Assembly: GCA_027623775.1 (NCBI GenBank)
Contig: JAQBUY010000001.1
Location: forward strand, 4,781 to 68,780
Direction of reading: 5' to 3'
Length of the DNA stretch: 64,000 nucleotides
Source: Pseudomonadota bacterium
GTDB taxonomy: Bacteria; Pseudomonadota; Alphaproteobacteria; HIMB59
Shown here piece by piece: positions 10,490-22,335 of this stretch. The notes under the pieces are model-generated. The model made no database searches, was not told the DNA's origin, and worked only from the letters and a program-made list of their open reading frames with translations. A program made the translations under genes and the position numbers. Each line of letters starts with the position of its first letter. Within the stretch, counting starts at the first letter, position 1.

Positions 10490-11989
10490 ATGTTGAACCA
10501 AAATGAAATATTAAAAGTTGCAGACATAGTCTCGCAAGAAAAAGGAATTGAATTAGAAATAGTCATGCAAGCTATGGAAGAATCTTTTGAAATAATTGCA
10601 AAATCTAAATACGGATTAGAAAATAATATTAAAGCTGAAATAGATAGATTCACAGGAAATTTTAAACTTACACATATAAAAGATGTTGTGGAAACAATTG
10701 ATCCTGTTTTACAATCTAATCAACTTTTATTAGATCAAGCAAAAAAACATGATGCTGATGCATCCATTGGAAGTCAAATTCGTATCGAGTTACCAGCAGT
10801 TAGTTTTGGAAGAGTAACAGCTAACATGGCAAGACAAGTTATTTATACTCGTGTTCGTGAAGCAGAAAAGAAAAGACAATACAATGACTTCAAAGATAGG
10901 GTCGGAGAAGTATTGTCTGGAATTGTTAAAAGAATTGAATTTGGAAATATTATAGTTGATTTAGGTAAAGCCGAAGGCTTCTTAAGAAAAGATGAATTAA
11001 TTCCTAGAGAAAATTTTAAAAATGGAGATCGAATCAGAGCTTACTTTTTTGATATTAAAGAAGAAGTGAAAGGTCATAAAATATCTTTGTCAAGAACCCA
11101 CCCGCAGTTTATGGCAAAACTTTTTGTTCAAGAGGTTCCAGAAATTTATGAAGGTCAAATTGAGATTGTATCAGTCGCAAGAGACCCTGGGAGTAGAGGT
11201 AAAATAGCGGTTAGGGCTAATGATAAATCTATCGATCCTGTTGGGGCTTGTGTAGGGATGAGAGGTTCTAGAGTTCAAGCAATAGTTAATGAATTACAAG
11301 GTGAAAAAATTGATATTGTTCATTGGTCAGAAATTCAATCAAGATATGTAATGAATGCTTTAGCTCCTGCTGAAGTTGCAAAAGTAAATGAATTTCCTAA
11401 TTCTAATAAAGTAGAAGTAGTTCTTCCTGAAGATCAATTGAGTATTGCGATTGGTAGAAGGGGGCAAAATGTTAAATTAGCTTCAATTTTAACGGGTTTA
11501 GAAATAGATATTTTGACTGAAAAAGAAGATACAGAAAGACGTCAAACAGAGTTTAAGGCTGTAACTGAGCTTTTTGCTGAAAAATTAGATCTTGAAGATA
11601 TGATAGCTCAACTCTTAGTTGTTGAGGGTTATAATAGTGTTGAAAAAATTAATAACGCCAATGTTGCAGACATCCAAAAGATTGAAGGCTTTGACGAAGA
11701 ATTAGCAATCGAGATTCATTCAAGAGCTTCACAATATGTTGAAAACGAAAAATTGAACTTACAGAAGTTAATTGATGAATCGAACATTGAAGAGTACCTA
11801 AAAACTATTGAAGAATTTGATAATAAGATTCTAAAGATTTTAATAGATAAAAATATCAAAACAAGGCAAGACCTTGCAGACCTTTCCACTGATGAATTAA
11901 TTGGTAGGGACGGAATTCTATACAGAAAAATAGATAAAAATATTGCTGAAAAGATTATTATGGATGCAAGGGAAATCTATTTAGATTAG
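10490..11989 (+). CDS. nusA: Transcription factor NusA
   Basis: ARDPGSRGKIAV, DPVGACVGMRGSRVQ, AIGRRGQNV. Confidence 0.97.
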   Translation: MLNQNEILKVADIVSQEKGIELEIVMQAMEESFEIIAKSKYGLENNIKAEIDRFTGNFKLTHIKDVVETIDPVLQSNQLLLDQAKKHDADASIGSQIRIELPAVSFGRVTANMARQVIYTRVREAEKKRQYNDFKDRVGEVLSGIVKRIEFGNIIVDLGKAEGFLRKDELIPRENFKNGDRIRAYFFDIKEEVKGHKISLSRTHPQFMAKLFVQEVPEIYEGQIEIVSVARDPGSRGKIAVRANDKSIDPVGACVGMRGSRVQAIVNELQGEKIDIVHWSEIQSRYVMNALAPAEVAKVNEFPNSNKVEVVLPEDQLSIAIGRRGQNVKLASILTGLEIDILTEKEDTERRQTEFKAVTELFAEKLDLEDMIAQLLVVEGYNSVEKINNANVADIQKIEGFDEELAIEIHSRASQYVENEKLNLQKLIDESNIEEYLKTIEEFDNKILKILIDKNIKTRQDLADLSTDELIGRDGILYRKIDKNIAEKIIMDAREIYLD

Positions 11990-12003
11990 TATCAGAATAA
12001 TAT

Positions 12004-14031
12004 ATGGATAAAGATAAAAAACCCCCTACAACAAAGGTATCTAAACCAACCATTAAGCCAAGTGCATCAATTACAAATCCTCCTACTGTACCTATTAGAA
12101 AAAAACTAACTTTTAATGTATCTGGTTTTCAGAAAAAATTATCTTCCCTGGCTGTCAATAACTTATTAGAAGGAGAGCCGGATTATGAAAAACTTCCTAG
12201 TTTATCTAAAGTTAAAAGAGCGAGAGAAAAACAAAAAACCAAATACAAACCTTCCCTAACTAATACTTCTAAAATTGTAAGAGAGGTTGACATACCAATT
12301 AAAATTACCGTTCAAGAATTAGCAAGTAGAATGTCAGAAAAAACAGGCGATGTAGTAAAGGCCTTAATGAAAAGTGGAATCATGGCAACAGCTAATCAAT
12401 ACATTGATGGCGATACCGCTGAATTAATTGTGAATGATTTTGGACATAGCCCTAATAGACAAGCCTCAGTAAGTCTCAAAGAGGTTATCGCTAACTATCA
12501 AAAAACAAATCAATCTATCATAAAACCAAGACCGCCTATTGTTACTGTTATGGGTCATGTTGATCATGGAAAAACTTCTCTTCTGGATGCCCTAAGAAAT
12601 ACTAATGTAACTGCGAAGGAGTCAGGCGGAATTACACAACACATAGGCGCTTATCAAGTTAAACATAAAGACAGTATTATAACTTTTTTAGATACACCAG
12701 GGCATGCGGCTTTCACAAACATACGTTCAAGAGGAGCTAATCTTACTGATATAGTTGTATTGGTTGTTGCTGCAAACGATAGTGTGAAGCCCCAAACGAT
12801 AGAAGCGATTTCTCATGCTAAAACAGCTAACGTTCCAATCGTATTAGCAATTAATAAAATAGATTTACCTGATGTAAATCCCGATAAAGTTCGAAATGAT
12901 TTACTTACACATGAAATTGTTGTTGAGAGCTTTCAAGGTGATGTCTTAGAAACAGAAATATCAGCATTAAAAAAAATAAATCTTGATAAACTTCTAGATA
13001 ATATTCTTTTACAAGTGGGCATCCTGAATTTAGATGTAGAGTATAATAAATTAGCAGATGCCATTGTTGTTGAATCAAAGATAGAAACAGGAAGAGGCCC
13101 AGTAGCAACTATTATTATTAATAATGGAACTTTATCAGAAGGAGATCATTTTACTTGTGGTCCTGCTTTTGGAAAAGTTAGGGCTTTATTAAATGAGAAA
13201 GGCGAAAAAGTAAAACAGGCAACTCCAGGTATGCCTATCGAAGTCCTAGGATTTGATTCTATACCTTCTGCTGGAGATACTTTATACGCCATGCCTAATG
13301 AGGAAGCTGCAAAAGAAATTACTGAAAAAGTAAAAGATCAACAACAATTAGAAAGCAAAGAATCCGTCAAAAAATCTTCATTAGAAGAAATGATGTCAAA
13401 TATTTCTAAAGGAGATATTAAAAAATTACCAATTATTGTTAAGGCAGATGTTCAAGGGTCTTTAGAGGCAATTGTTTCTTCTTTGGAAAAAATTGGTAAT
13501 GACGAAGTAACAATTAATGTAGTTCATAGCGCTATTGGTGCAATCAATGAAAGTGATGTGAGTTTAGCGGATGCTGCCGAAGGATTAGTTATAGGATTCA
13601 ATATTCGAGCTATACCGCAAGCCCGTTCAATTGCAAAAAGAGATAAGGTAGATATTAGATATTATTCAATAATTTATGAATTAGTTGATGATATGACTAA
13701 ATTATTATCAGGACTGCTTAGCTCTGATACTAAAGAAGAAATTATAGGACATGCAGAAGTTAGAGATACTTTCAACTCTTCCAAATTAGGTACAATAGCT
13801 GGCTGCTATGTCACTAATGGTTTTGCCTCAAATGCAGCTAAAATTCGACTTGTTCGAGCTGGAAAAATTATTTATGAAGGCGAAGTAGGCTCATTAAAAA
13901 GATTTAAAGATAATGTCAAAGAGGTTAAAGAAAACTATGAGTGTGGAATATCTTTTAAAGATTATTCAGACATTCTTGCTAAAGATGAAATAGAATTCTA
14001 TATTACTAAACAAATTCAAAAAGAATTATAA
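12004..14031 (+). CDS. infB: Translation initiation factor IF-2 (short N-terminus)
   Basis: [35 protein letters not shown]. Confidence 0.97.
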   Translation: MDKDKKPPTTKVSKPTIKPSASITNPPTVPIRKKLTFNVSGFQKKLSSLAVNNLLEGEPDYEKLPSLSKVKRAREKQKTKYKPSLTNTSKIVREVDIPIKITVQELASRMSEKTGDVVKALMKSGIMATANQYIDGDTAELIVNDFGHSPNRQASVSLKEVIANYQKTNQSIIKPRPPIVTVMGHVDHGKTSLLDALRNTNVTAKESGGITQHIGAYQVKHKDSIITFLDTPGHAAFTNIRSRGANLTDIVVLVVAANDSVKPQTIEAISHAKTANVPIVLAINKIDLPDVNPDKVRNDLLTHEIVVESFQGDVLETEISALKKINLDKLLDNILLQVGILNLDVEYNKLADAIVVESKIETGRGPVATIIINNGTLSEGDHFTCGPAFGKVRALLNEKGEKVKQATPGMPIEVLGFDSIPSAGDTLYAMPNEEAAKEITEKVKDQQQLESKESVKKSSLEEMMSNISKGDIKKLPIIVKADVQGSLEAIVSSLEKIGNDEVTINVVHSAIGAINESDVSLADAAEGLVIGFNIRAIPQARSIAKRDKVDIRYYSIIYELVDDMTKLLSGLLSSDTKEEIIGHAEVRDTFNSSKLGTIAGCYVTNGFASNAAKIRLVRAGKIIYEGEVGSLKRFKDNVKEVKENYECGISFKDYSDILAKDEIEFYITKQIQKEL

Positions 14032-14032
14032 T

Positions 14033-14377
14033 TTGCACAATAAACCAAGTTTTAGAACTCTAAAAATTGAACTTACAATAAAAAGATTAATCGCTGAGTA
14101 TGTAGTTACTCATAAAGAGTTTTTGATAGATTTTCCTTCACTTAGACTCGAAATTACCGATGTAAAAGTCAGTAAGGATTTAAGGTTTGCTAGAGTTTTA
14201 TTGGTTCATAATATAAGAGATACCGAGTTTGAAAAATTTAAAAAAAAATACACAAGAAAAATGCAAGAATTAATAGCAAAAACTTTAACTTCTAAATTTA
14301 TTCCTAGAATTTCACTTTATGTGGATGAGCCTTATAAAGAATCAATTAAGGTCCAACAACTAATAGACAAACTTTAA
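14033..14377 (+). CDS. rbfA: Ribosome-binding factor A (divergent)
   Basis: ITDVKVSKDLRFARV, KFIPRISLYVD; between infB and truB. Confidence 0.85.
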   Translation: MHNKPSFRTLKIELTIKRLIAEYVVTHKEFLIDFPSLRLEITDVKVSKDLRFARVLLVHNIRDTEFEKFKKKYTRKMQELIAKTLTSKFIPRISLYVDEPYKESIKVQQLIDKL

Positions 14378-14385
14378 AAAATAAA

Positions 14386-15102
14386 TTGAAACAAAATTTT
14401 ATTTCAAGTGGCTGGTTGCCCATTAACAAACCTGAAGGAGTCGAATCTTTTGGCGTTATTAGAGAATTAAAATTTCGTTTTAAATTTAGTAAAATTGGTT
14501 TTGTAGGAACTTTAGACCCGCTCGCATCAGGACTCTTATTGGTAGCCGTTAATAAAGCTACTAAACTTATATCAACAATGCACTTAAAAATAAAAACTTA
14601 TAAAGTAAGAATTTTTTTTGGTGCACAAACTAAGACTCAAGACATAGAAGGAAGGTATGTGGACTATAAATACCCCTCTCATGCCATACAGGAAAGAGCA
14701 TCAAAGTTAAAATATTTTATAGGAGCCTATCAGCAAAAAATTCCAATATTTTCTGCTCATAAAATTAAAGGTAAGAATTTTTATGAATTAGCAAGAAAAG
14801 AAGAATTTTTAGAAGAAAGATTTAAGCAGGTAAATGTACACTCTCTAAAAATCACTAATCAAAATACTAATTTTTTAGATGTCACGATAGATTGTGAGAC
14901 GGGATTTTATGTTCGTTCATTTGCAGAAGAATTTGCTAAATCTTTAGGAGATTTAGGATTTGCGATGAGCATAATAAGGACTAAAATAGGTGATTTTAAC
15001 CTATCTCATAGCATCGATTTTCAGAATATCCTTGATTTTTCTGACATAAATGATTTAGATAGCCGAATTGTACCCATTTATTCTGGACGACATCCTGGAT
15101 AG
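14386..15102 (+). CDS. truB: tRNA pseudouridine-55 synthase TruB (short)
   Basis: GWLPINKP, GTLDPLASG, P.FSA.KIKG, GFYVRS. Confidence 0.92.
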   Translation: MKQNFISSGWLPINKPEGVESFGVIRELKFRFKFSKIGFVGTLDPLASGLLLVAVNKATKLISTMHLKIKTYKVRIFFGAQTKTQDIEGRYVDYKYPSHAIQERASKLKYFIGAYQQKIPIFSAHKIKGKNFYELARKEEFLEERFKQVNVHSLKITNQNTNFLDVTIDCETGFYVRSFAEEFAKSLGDLGFAMSIIRTKIGDFNLSHSIDFQNILDFSDINDLDSRIVPIYSGRHPG

Positions 15103-15132
15103 ATGTGAATTAACTTTTTGAAAGGAGTTACG
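15075..15132 (+). promoter_or_regulatory. Putative alphaproteobacterial S15 (rpsO) autoregulatory leader
   Basis: 12-bp hairpin 15075-15105 with one mismatch around CTGGACGACATCC; AAAGGAG SD at 15121-15127. Confidence 0.65.
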
Positions 15133-15396
15133 ATGTCGAATTTAGAAGCCTTAGAACTAAAAGATATAGCTAGAACAGATAAAGATACTGGTTCAGCTGA
15201 AGCTCAGATTTATTTTTTTACAAAAAAAATAAACCATCTGACAGAACATATCAAAATACATAAAAAGGATTTTCATTCACGAAGAGGATTACTTATTATG
15301 GTTGGTAAAAGAAATAGACTAATGACCTATTTAAAAAACAAAGATGTTACAAAGTACGCAGAAGTAGCAGATAAATTAAAATTAAGAAAAAAGTAA
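15133..15396 (+). CDS. rpsO: 30S ribosomal protein S15
   Basis: [21 protein letters not shown]; SD precedes ATG at 15133. Confidence 0.97.
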   Translation: MSNLEALELKDIARTDKDTGSAEAQIYFFTKKINHLTEHIKIHKKDFHSRRGLLIMVGKRNRLMTYLKNKDVTKYAEVADKLKLRKK

Positions 15397-15430
15397 GTCC
15401 TTAGAAGAAGGCAGAAAGAGAAATATTATT

Positions 15431-17497
15431 ATGACTAAAATTGAACATAAATTTAAACACGGTGATTATGAAATTACACTTGAAACTAATAGAATAGCTA
15501 AGCAGGCAGACGCGTCTGTTTTAGTTTACTGTGGCGACACAGTAGTTATGGCAAATATTTGTGCAGCAAAAACACAAAAGCCAGATATTGATTTTTTTCC
15601 TTTAACTGTAAATTATCAAGAAAAATATTATGCATCAGGCAAGATTCCTGGTGGATTTTTCAAAAGAGAAGCAAGACCAACAGAAAGAGAAACTTTAATT
15701 TGTCGTTTAGTTGATCGTCCTGTTAGACCTTTATTCCATAAAAATTTTAAAAACGAAACACAGATTCAATTAACTGTTCTATCTTATGATGGAATTGTTG
15801 ATCCTGATATTATTGCATTGTATGCGACTAGTGCTGCTTTAGCTATATCAGGTCTTCCTGTACAAGGAGTTTTAGGTGCTGCTAGAGTGGGTTATATTGA
15901 TAACAAGATTGTTATTAATCCAACTATCCAAGACTTACAAAATTCAAATCTTGATCTTGTAGTAGCAGGTACTGATGAGGGCGTCTTAATGGTTGAATCT
16001 GAAGCAAAAGAATTGCCTGAAGCTACTATGTTAGAAGCTGTTAATTCAGGTCATGCTTTTTATCAAGAATTTATCTCAAATGTTAAAGATTTTGCATCTA
16101 AAGTGGATATTAAAAAGTTTGATGTTCTTGAATTGCCTGAATTTTATGAAACTTTAAAAAGTGATATTTCTTCAAAAATATCTGAAGATATTAGAAGCGC
16201 ATATAGCTTAACAGATAAGCAGGAAAGAAGCCAAAAACTTGACTCTATTAGAACTTCAATTTTAGAAGGCATTGATGATGATCAAAAACTTGCTGCCATC
16301 ACTATTATTAAGAATATAGAAAAAGATGTAGTTCGTGGCGACATTATTAAAAGCAAAAAAAGAATTGATGGCCGAAAGCTTGATGAAGTAAGAAACATCA
16401 CTTGCGATTTAGATATTCTTCCAAGAGCTCATGGCTCGAGTTTATTTACAAGGGGAGAAACGCAAGCACTAGTTGTTGCAACTCTTGGAACTGGCGATGA
16501 TGAACAAATGATCGATTCATTAGACCCAATGAGTAAACAGCATTTTATGCTTCACTATAATTTTCCTCCTTATTCTGTTGGAGAAGTAGGTAGATCTGGC
16601 TTTACAAGCAGAAGAGAAGTTGGCCATGGTAAACTAGCATGGAGAGCTATTAATCCTATGTTACCTTCCAAAGCTGAATTTCCTTATACTTTAAGAATTG
16701 TATCTGAAATTACAGAGTCAAATGGATCTAGTTCTATGGCTTCAGTTTGTGGAACGTCTCTTTCATTAATGGCAGCAGGAGTTCCAATTAAAAAGCATGT
16801 AGGCGGAATTGCTATGGGATTAATTAAAGAAGGCGAAGACTTTGTTGTTCTAAGTGATATTTTAGGTGATGAAGACCATCTAGGAGATATGGACTTTAAA
16901 GTAGCTGGAACAGTTGATGGAATTACATCTCTTCAAATGGATATCAAGATAACAAGCATTACAAAAGAGATTATGGAAATTGCTTTTAACCAGGCAGCTG
17001 ACGGCAGAAAACATATCTTAGGAGTTATGAATGAAGCTATTACTGAGACTAGAAGCGCTTTTTCAAAACACGCTCCTCAAATAGAAACTGTAATGGTACC
17101 GAAAGATAAAATTAGAGAAGTAATTGGTTCTGGCGGTAAAGTTATAAGAAATATGGTAGAAGTATCAGGTGCAAAAATTGAAGTAAGTGATCAGGGTGAA
17201 GTAAAAATTGCCTCAAATAATGCAGAATCGCTTAATATGGCTAAACAAATGGTCATGGATATTATTGCTGAGCCAGAAATCGGTAAGGTTTATAAAGGAA
17301 AAGTTGTAAAAATTGTTGAATTTGGAGCTTTTGTAAATTTCTTAGGAGCTAAAGATGGCCTACTCCATATTAGCCAAATCTCTCAAGAAAGAGTAGCAAA
17401 TGTTTCTGATGTGTTATCTGAAGGGCAGGAAGTTCAAGTCAAAGTGCTCGATGTTGATAGATCAGGAAAAGTAAAATTAAGTATGAAAGAGGTTTAA
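15431..17497 (+). CDS. pnp: Polynucleotide phosphorylase
   Basis: FFPLTVNYQEK, SRREVGHG, GDMDFKVAGT; KH and S1 domains. Confidence 0.98.
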   Translation: MTKIEHKFKHGDYEITLETNRIAKQADASVLVYCGDTVVMANICAAKTQKPDIDFFPLTVNYQEKYYASGKIPGGFFKREARPTERETLICRLVDRPVRPLFHKNFKNETQIQLTVLSYDGIVDPDIIALYATSAALAISGLPVQGVLGAARVGYIDNKIVINPTIQDLQNSNLDLVVAGTDEGVLMVESEAKELPEATMLEAVNSGHAFYQEFISNVKDFASKVDIKKFDVLELPEFYETLKSDISSKISEDIRSAYSLTDKQERSQKLDSIRTSILEGIDDDQKLAAITIIKNIEKDVVRGDIIKSKKRIDGRKLDEVRNITCDLDILPRAHGSSLFTRGETQALVVATLGTGDDEQMIDSLDPMSKQHFMLHYNFPPYSVGEVGRSGFTSRREVGHGKLAWRAINPMLPSKAEFPYTLRIVSEITESNGSSSMASVCGTSLSLMAAGVPIKKHVGGIAMGLIKEGEDFVVLSDILGDEDHLGDMDFKVAGTVDGITSLQMDIKITSITKEIMEIAFNQAADGRKHILGVMNEAITETRSAFSKHAPQIETVMVPKDKIREVIGSGGKVIRNMVEVSGAKIEVSDQGEVKIASNNAESLNMAKQMVMDIIAEPEIGKVYKGKVVKIVEFGAFVNFLGAKDGLLHISQISQERVANVSDVLSEGQEVQVKVLDVDRSGKVKLSMKEV

Positions 17498-18274
17498 TTA
17501 AACTTCTTCTAGACTCATACCAATTTTATTATAGCCGTTATCTACATATAAAATTTCACCAGTGACCCCTTTAGAGAGGTCACTGACTAAGTAAACGGCA
17601 GATTTTCCAATATCATCTAAAGTTAAGGCTTTCTTAATAGGGGAGTTATTAATTGTATAGCTATAGATCTGTCTTGATTTATTAATAACAGCACCAGCCA
17701 AAGTTCTCATAGGGCCCGCTGATATTCCATTAACTCTTATTCCTCTATCTCCCATATCTACTGCTAAATATTTAATTGAAGTTTCTAAAGCGGCTTTAGC
17801 AACACCCATAACATTATAACTTTGCATATATTTTTTAGCTCCATAATAGCTAAGCGCCATAATAGAAGCATTGTCATTTAATAAAGGCATAAAAATTTTA
17901 GTAATTTCAGTTAAAGAAAAGGAAGAGATATGAAGAGTTTTAAGAAAGTTTTCTTTAGAAGTATTGAGATACTTTCCAGATAACTCATTCTTATCTGAAT
18001 AAGCAACGGCATGAACAATAAAATCAATCTTAGTATTAATTGAATTTTTTAATGCCTCAATAGATTCAGTAGATTCTACATCACAAGGAAAGACTCCTAA
18101 ACAATCAATTTTTTGCGAAAGAGGCTCCACTCTTTTTTTTAGAGAATCATTTTGATATGTTAAAAAAACTTGAGCACCTTCTTTACATAGATTATCAGTA
18201 ATTCCCCAAGCAATAGAGTGATCATTAGCAATACCTATCACAAGACCTTTTTTTCCTTCAAGAAGTTTATTCAT
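17498..18274 (-). CDS. fabI: Enoyl-ACP reductase FabI
   Basis: [24 protein letters not shown]. Confidence 0.95.
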   Translation of the reverse strand: MNKLLEGKKGLVIGIANDHSIAWGITDNLCKEGAQVFLTYQNDSLKKRVEPLSQKIDCLGVFPCDVESTESIEALKNSINTKIDFIVHAVAYSDKNELSGKYLNTSKENFLKTLHISSFSLTEITKIFMPLLNDNASIMALSYYGAKKYMQSYNVMGVAKAALETSIKYLAVDMGDRGIRVNGISAGPMRTLAGAVINKSRQIYSYTINNSPIKKALTLDDIGKSAVYLVSDLSKGVTGEILYVDNGYNKIGMSLEEV

Positions 18275-19484
18275 GAAATTTAGTTAAATATATAGATGCG
18301 TTCGTTCCGCCAAAACCAAAACTATTGGATAAAACTGAATTTACTTCAATATCGTTCTTTGTTTCAAGAATGATATTCATATCTTTTGCATTTGCATCTA
18401 GTTCTGTAATATTGGCAGACTTAACTAAAAAATTATTATTCATCATTAAGAGAGAATAAATTGTTTCTTGTGCGCCTGTAGCCCCAAGCGAATGTCCAGT
18501 TAAAGATTTAGTTGAGCTAATAGGGGGAATATTATCCCCGTACACTTCTTTTATAGATTGTAATTCAATCATATCTCCTACAGGAGTTGATGTTCCATGA
18601 GTATTTATATAGTCAACTTTTCCACCTTGTGTAGCCATTTGCATACAGCGAACTGCACCTTCTCCAGAAGGCTGAACCATGTCATGGCCATCTGAGGTTT
18701 GTCCAAATCCTTTAATTTCTGCATGAATAGTGGCACCTCTTTTTTGAGCGCTATCAAGACTTTCCACAACGACAACCCCAGCCCCACCAGCTATGACAAA
18801 ACCATCACGAAAAGCATCATATGCACGAGAAGCTATCGCGGGAGTTTCATTATATTTGCTAGAAAGAGCTCCCATTGCATCAAATAAGATAGACATTGTC
18901 CAATGAGTTTCTTCTCCACCACCAGCAAATACAATTTCTTGCTGACCATGTCTAATTAAATCAAAAGCATTACCAATACAATGTAAGCTTGTTGAACAAG
19001 CAGAACTAATAGAATAATTAACTCCTTTAATTCCAAAAGGAGTAGCGAGAGTTGCCGAGTTTGTACTCGACATTGTGCGAGTCACCATATAAGGACCAAT
19101 TTTTTTGACAGCTTTTTCACGAGCTATATCAAATGCTTGTTGCAATTGAAAAGTTGAAGGACCTCCCGATCCCATCACTAAGCCTGTATTAATATTTGAA
19201 ACAAGAGATTGGTCAAGACCTGCATGTTCAATCGCTTCTTGCATTGCTATGTAATTATAGGCAGCACCTTCGCCCATAAATCTTAAAATTTTTCTATCTA
19301 CTTTTTCTTCAATTTTTATATTTGGTTTACCATGGACATGACTCCGCATCCCAAGTTCTTCATATTCTTTTTCAAAAGTAATACCCGACTTAACTTCTTT
19401 TAAACTTTGCAGCACCTCAGATTTATTATTACCAATACATGAAACAATCCCATACCCAGAAATTACAACCCTTTTATTATTCAT
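18267..19484 (-). CDS. fabB: Beta-ketoacyl-ACP synthase I FabB
   Basis: [29 protein letters not shown]. Confidence 0.95.
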   Translation of the reverse strand: MNNKRVVISGYGIVSCIGNNKSEVLQSLKEVKSGITFEKEYEELGMRSHVHGKPNIKIEEKVDRKILRFMGEGAAYNYIAMQEAIEHAGLDQSLVSNINTGLVMGSGGPSTFQLQQAFDIAREKAVKKIGPYMVTRTMSSTNSATLATPFGIKGVNYSISSACSTSLHCIGNAFDLIRHGQQEIVFAGGGEETHWTMSILFDAMGALSSKYNETPAIASRAYDAFRDGFVIAGGAGVVVVESLDSAQKRGATIHAEIKGFGQTSDGHDMVQPSGEGAVRCMQMATQGGKVDYINTHGTSTPVGDMIELQSIKEVYGDNIPPISSTKSLTGHSLGATGAQETIYSLLMMNNNFLVKSANITELDANAKDMNIILETKNDIEVNSVLSNSFGFGGTNASIYLTKFHE

Positions 19485-19992
19485 TAAATAATCCTACTTT
19501 TAAATCATTGGCATGATAGATAATTTTACCTTCATGAAGAATTTTCCCATCACCATAACCTATAGATAAACCTTTTTTGTTCAGGGCTCTTTTAATATTC
19601 ACTTTATAAGTAATTAATTTTTTATCAGGTTTTACTTCTTCAACAAATTTAATCTCCCCAACACCAAGAGCTCTACCTTTACCTGGATAACCAAGCCACC
19701 CTAAGTAAAATCCTAACATTTGCCATAACGCATCTAAACCTAAGCAACCTGGCATAATCGGATCACCTAAAAAATGACACTTAAAAAACCATAATTCTGG
19801 ATTAACATCCATTTCAGCAACTATTTCACCCTTTTCAAATGATCCACCGGTTGTATTTACCTCGGTGATTCTATCAAACATAAGCATGGGAGGAGCAGGT
19901 AATTGAGCATTCCCAGTTCCGAAAATATTACTTTTTCCGCACTCAATAAGCTCTTCATAAGAGAAACGGGATTTATGGGTAAAACTATTCAT
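19477..19992 (-). CDS. fabA: 3-hydroxydecanoyl-ACP dehydratase/isomerase FabA
   Basis: [29 protein letters not shown]. Confidence 0.96.
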   Translation of the reverse strand: MNSFTHKSRFSYEELIECGKSNIFGTGNAQLPAPPMLMFDRITEVNTTGGSFEKGEIVAEMDVNPELWFFKCHFLGDPIMPGCLGLDALWQMLGFYLGWLGYPGKGRALGVGEIKFVEEVKPDKKLITYKVNIKRALNKKGLSIGYGDGKILHEGKIIYHANDLKVGLFNE

Positions 19993-20752
19993 AGGTGTGC
20001 TTACAATTAGATATTTTTAATTGTAATTTGTTTATATCTGAAGTCAAAAGATCAATTAATAAAATTTCATTTTTCATTTGAGGTATATTTTTTGCAAGTT
20101 CAAGAATTATTTTACTACATGCCAGACTGGCAACAAAACCTGCTACAGGACCAATCATAGCACTATTTAAACATCTGTGATTAGTTTCATCGATATTTGG
20201 AAATAAACATTTAAAACATAATGTTTTATCTGTTTTTATATGATCTTGAGACAAAAATATCCCTTCACTGGAATTAATAGAAATAGAGCTATATGCAATT
20301 GATTTAGTTTTAGCAAATAATGAGCTATTGATTTTCGTTTGATAACTATCAGAGCAATCAAATATAAAATCAAGATTTTCAAAATTATTTCTGTTTAAGA
20401 ATTCTTCAAATGAAAGAGGATGTTGAATAATTTTTGTTACACTATTGATATTTTCTAAAACTTGTTTGGATATTTCAGATTTATAACCATCAATATCTTT
20501 TTTATTATAATTTATTTGTCGATGAAGATTAGATAGCGAAACTTTATCAAAGTCTAATAATGTGATTGAGCCTATACCTGCTCTTACTAAATATTGAGAA
20601 GAAATGGTTCCGAGGGCTCCAAGTCCAATTAATAATACATGTTTCTTAAGTAAATTATTTTGACCTTCCTCAGAGATACCCGGAACTAGTAACTGTCTTC
20701 CAAATTCTTCTATGATTTGATTATCAGTTAGTTCCTGTTGATCCAAATCCAC
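19985..20752 (-). CDS. HesA/MoeB/ThiF-family adenylyltransferase
   Basis: [23 protein letters not shown]. Confidence 0.85.
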   Translation of the reverse strand: MDLDQQELTDNQIIEEFGRQLLVPGISEEGQNNLLKKHVLLIGLGALGTISSQYLVRAGIGSITLLDFDKVSLSNLHRQINYNKKDIDGYKSEISKQVLENINSVTKIIQHPLSFEEFLNRNNFENLDFIFDCSDSYQTKINSSLFAKTKSIAYSSISINSSEGIFLSQDHIKTDKTLCFKCLFPNIDETNHRCLNSAMIGPVAGFVASLACSKIILELAKNIPQMKNEILLIDLLTSDINKLQLKISNCKHTYE

Positions 20753-21182
20753 CTTCTCCTCTATCAGTTTCTGATAGTTCGCTTACTTCTATTAAATCCA
20801 CTCTAGTAAATTGTATAACTATTATTTGTGCAATACGCATTTCATTAGTAACAATAAATTTGTTTGAACTGTGATTGATTAAAATTACTTTAATTTCTCC
20901 TCTATAGTCAGCATCAATTGTACCTGGTGAATTTAATATGGTAATGCCATTTTTTAAAGCAAGGCCACTTCTAGGTCTTATTTGAACCTCATGCCCAATA
21001 GGTATTTCAAAATATAATCCAGTTGGGATAAGTTTTGTTTCTTGAGGTTTGATTTCTATATCTCCATCTGGAATAAATGCTCTAATATCCATCCCGGCAC
21101 TATTAATAGTTTCATATTTTGGGATAGATATAGAACTATTTAAAGCTTTTATCTTCATTGTAGTTATTTTTTTAGTAACCAT
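20724..21182 (-). CDS. dut: dUTPase
   Basis: [33 protein letters not shown]. Confidence 0.97.
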   Translation of the reverse strand: MVTKKITTMKIKALNSSISIPKYETINSAGMDIRAFIPDGDIEIKPQETKLIPTGLYFEIPIGHEVQIRPRSGLALKNGITILNSPGTIDADYRGEIKVILINHSSNKFIVTNEMRIAQIIVIQFTRVDLIEVSELSETDRGEGGFGSTGTN

Positions 21183-21816
21183 GAGCGTTCTTCACTACAT
21201 GTTGAATAATTTTTTTTGCAAAATTTCTTTTTGTTAAATGTCCAATATCTATCCAATTGAAATGACGATCTAATAGAAAACCATTATTTTTATTGCTAGA
21301 AAATATTTTTTTATTGTTGATGGGAAAATTCAGGACTATGTAGTCACAGTTTTTTTCAATCAATTTTTTTTTTGCATACTTTTTATAATTATTTGTTTCA
21401 TAGGCAAAGCCTACAACAATTTTTGGTCGCTTTTTCATGGAAGAAATTGAAAGTAAGATATCGGTATTCTTAATTAAACTTAAATTTAAAGTATTTTTTT
21501 TTTTAATTTTTACAGAACTAGTTTTTTTTACTCGATAATCTGAAACAGCAGCATTAAAAATTGCTAAATCTACACTGGAGTATTTTTTAGCTGCAGTAAG
21601 CATCGACTTTGCAGTGGTGGCTTCAATGTATTTGACATAGGGAGAAATAACTTTTGCAGCAGTAATATGTCCATAAATACAAATTGTTTTAATTTTATTT
21701 TTAATAAGTTCTTCAATAATTGCCATACCTTGCAAACCTGAAGATTCATTAGATATGTAGCGAACAGGATCTATAAACTCTCTCGTTGCACCAATTGTAA
21801 TAAGGGCTGATCGCAA
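21172..21816 (-). CDS. coaB: Phosphopantothenate-cysteine ligase CoaB (stand-alone)
   Basis: GATREFIDPVRYISNESSG, AAVSDY, VGFAYET; TTG start. Confidence 0.9.
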   Translation of the reverse strand: MRSALITIGATREFIDPVRYISNESSGLQGMAIIEELIKNKIKTICIYGHITAAKVISPYVKYIEATTAKSMLTAAKKYSSVDLAIFNAAVSDYRVKKTSSVKIKKKNTLNLSLIKNTDILLSISSMKKRPKIVVGFAYETNNYKKYAKKKLIEKNCDYIVLNFPINNKKIFSSNKNNGFLLDRHFNWIDIGHLTKRNFAKKIIQHVVKNAHGY

Positions 21817-22335
21817 TTATTTAAGCTGATCTAATATTTCTGTTGGTTCTACTAGTCGACCACTTCCATATTCGCCGCATGCAAGAGATCCGGTATCTGG
21901 ACCAATAAAAAAATGACCATTTTCTTCACAACTTTTAATATTTTTTTGAATTAATGGATTTGCCCACATTTCCTTATTCATAGCAGGCGCAAAATAAATA
22001 GGTTTATTAGAGGCAATCATACAAGTTGAAGCTAGGTCATCACATATGCCATAAGCAAATTTAGAAACTATATTTGCAGTAGCTGGATAAACCACAATAT
22101 GTGTATTGCTTCTTGCAAGCTCTATGTGTCCAATATTTTGCTCCATATCTAAATCAAATAATTCAGAATAAATTTTTTTTTTACTAATACCTTCGATTAA
22201 CAATTTAGAAATGAATTGAAAGGTATTTTTAGTAGCAATAATTTCAAAATCAATTTCTTTTTTCTGTATGATTCTAATAAGATCAAGAGCCTTATAGCAG
22301 CCTACACTACTAGATATAATTAATAAAATTTTCAT
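21817..22335 (-). CDS. coaC: Phosphopantothenoylcysteine decarboxylase CoaC (stand-alone)
   Basis: HIELAR, PATAN, APAMN, LACGEYGSGRL. Confidence 0.9.
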   Translation of the reverse strand: MKILLIISSSVGCYKALDLIRIIQKKEIDFEIIATKNTFQFISKLLIEGISKKKIYSELFDLDMEQNIGHIELARSNTHIVVYPATANIVSKFAYGICDDLASTCMIASNKPIYFAPAMNKEMWANPLIQKNIKSCEENGHFFIGPDTGSLACGEYGSGRLVEPTEILDQLK

